Source: Faecalibaculum rodentium
GTDB taxonomy: Bacteria; Bacillota_I; Bacilli_A; Erysipelotrichales; Erysipelotrichaceae
Reading direction: 5' to 3'
DNA length: 32,000 bases
Assembly: GCF_001564455.1 (NCBI RefSeq)
Contig: NZ_CP011391.1
Span: forward strand, 2,190,001-2,222,000
The position numbers and the translations under genes are program-made. Shown piece by piece: positions 31,555 to 32,000 of this stretch (position 1 is its first letter; each line of letters starts with the position of its first letter). The notes under the pieces are model-generated. The model did no database searches. It was not told the DNA's origin and was given only the letters and a program-made list of their open reading frames with translations.

Positions 31555-31974
31555 TCAATTATTATTTTTTTTGGTCGGTAACGGTGGATTTCCACATTTA
31601 CAAGCTAGTCGTTTTCGTTTGATCCCAATCGTTCTACGATGTGGCATCCTAATAATTCGACCATTACTTTTAATCAAGAAATTATATTCGGGATGATCAA
31701 CAATCTTTATCAGTAACTCGTCTGCTTCATTGTCTTCGAGAATTTTCTTTGCTAATCTTGTCAGGAGTACTTTATTATAATTAGGTAATCCTAGTCTTCC
31801 CTTTCTAACTCCATGCCCAGGTTGTTGCCTCAATGATTGCTTTCGAACCTTTGATAGCCGGCTATAAGCTCGTAATAAATCAACGTAGTATTCAGATGTC
31901 GTTTCGATTATCTTAAATCTTGATTTTTCATTTATATCATGCAAAACACTCACAACCTCTCTACATATTCTCAC
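31555..31974 (-). CDS. Hypothetical basic protein in an AT-rich island
   Basis: 139-codon ORF, K/R-rich, in visibly AT-rich sequence. The start codon is uncertain: GTG at 31974, no in-frame ATG near the 5' end, and an in-frame stop at 31998 limits upstream extension. I recognise no motif. Confidence 0.4.
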   Translation of the reverse strand: MRICREVVSVLHDINEKSRFKIIETTSEYYVDLLRAYSRLSKVRKQSLRQQPGHGVRKGRLGLPNYNKVLLTRLAKKILEDNEADELLIKIVDHPEYNFLIKSNGRIIRMPHRRTIGIKRKRLACKCGNPPLPTKKNNN

Positions 31975-32000
31975 CTTTATTTTTTTCGGGATATTTTATT

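Overview
This is a roughly 55% GC chromosomal window from a Gram-positive (Bacillota/Clostridia-like) anaerobe. That call rests on strong GGAGG-type ribosome-binding sites, rubrerythrin, PTS genes and a cell-division cluster of ftsEX, an M23 peptidase and an S41 peptidase. Almost all genes are on the minus strand.

Left to right:
1. A partial S41 Ctp peptidase, then ftsX, ftsE, a coiled-coil M23 endopeptidase and a second FtsX paralogue.
2. A Sel1-repeat protein, followed by an orphan tRNA-Ile(GAU)/tRNA-Ala(UGC) pair.
3. A 12.8 kb segment with a ribokinase, membrane proteins, a rhomboid protease, an Rpn-type PD-(D/E)XK nuclease, and a mannosylglycerate-like locus (GH38 alpha-mannosidase, split fructose-family PTS EIIA/EIIB/EIIC, divergent PRD-domain regulator).
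4. A second, sequence-identical Ile/Ala tRNA pair.
5. A complete group IIC intron with its RT/maturase, inserted directly after an intrinsic terminator.
6. A tandemly duplicated ~330 bp noncoding module carrying a putative ~100 nt small RNA.
7. L-asparaginase.
8. A five-gene chain joined by ATGA/GTGA start-stop overlaps: an 80 aa protein, a PAP2 phosphatase, a CPBP protease, SbcD and SbcC.
9. Rubrerythrin, a small pyrophosphatase-like protein and a YoaK/DUF1275 membrane protein.
10. An accessory right end: a gene broken by a perfect 25 bp tandem duplication, then an AT-rich island.

No CRISPR array, rRNA gene or classical IS element was seen.

The items most worth follow-up are the repeated noncoding module with the intron inserted at one of its terminators, the SbcCD operon coupled to membrane proteins, the doubled FtsX arrangement, and the identical tRNA operons bracketing the 12.8 kb segment. 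All functional calls come from reading motifs in the translations by eye. No database search was run.
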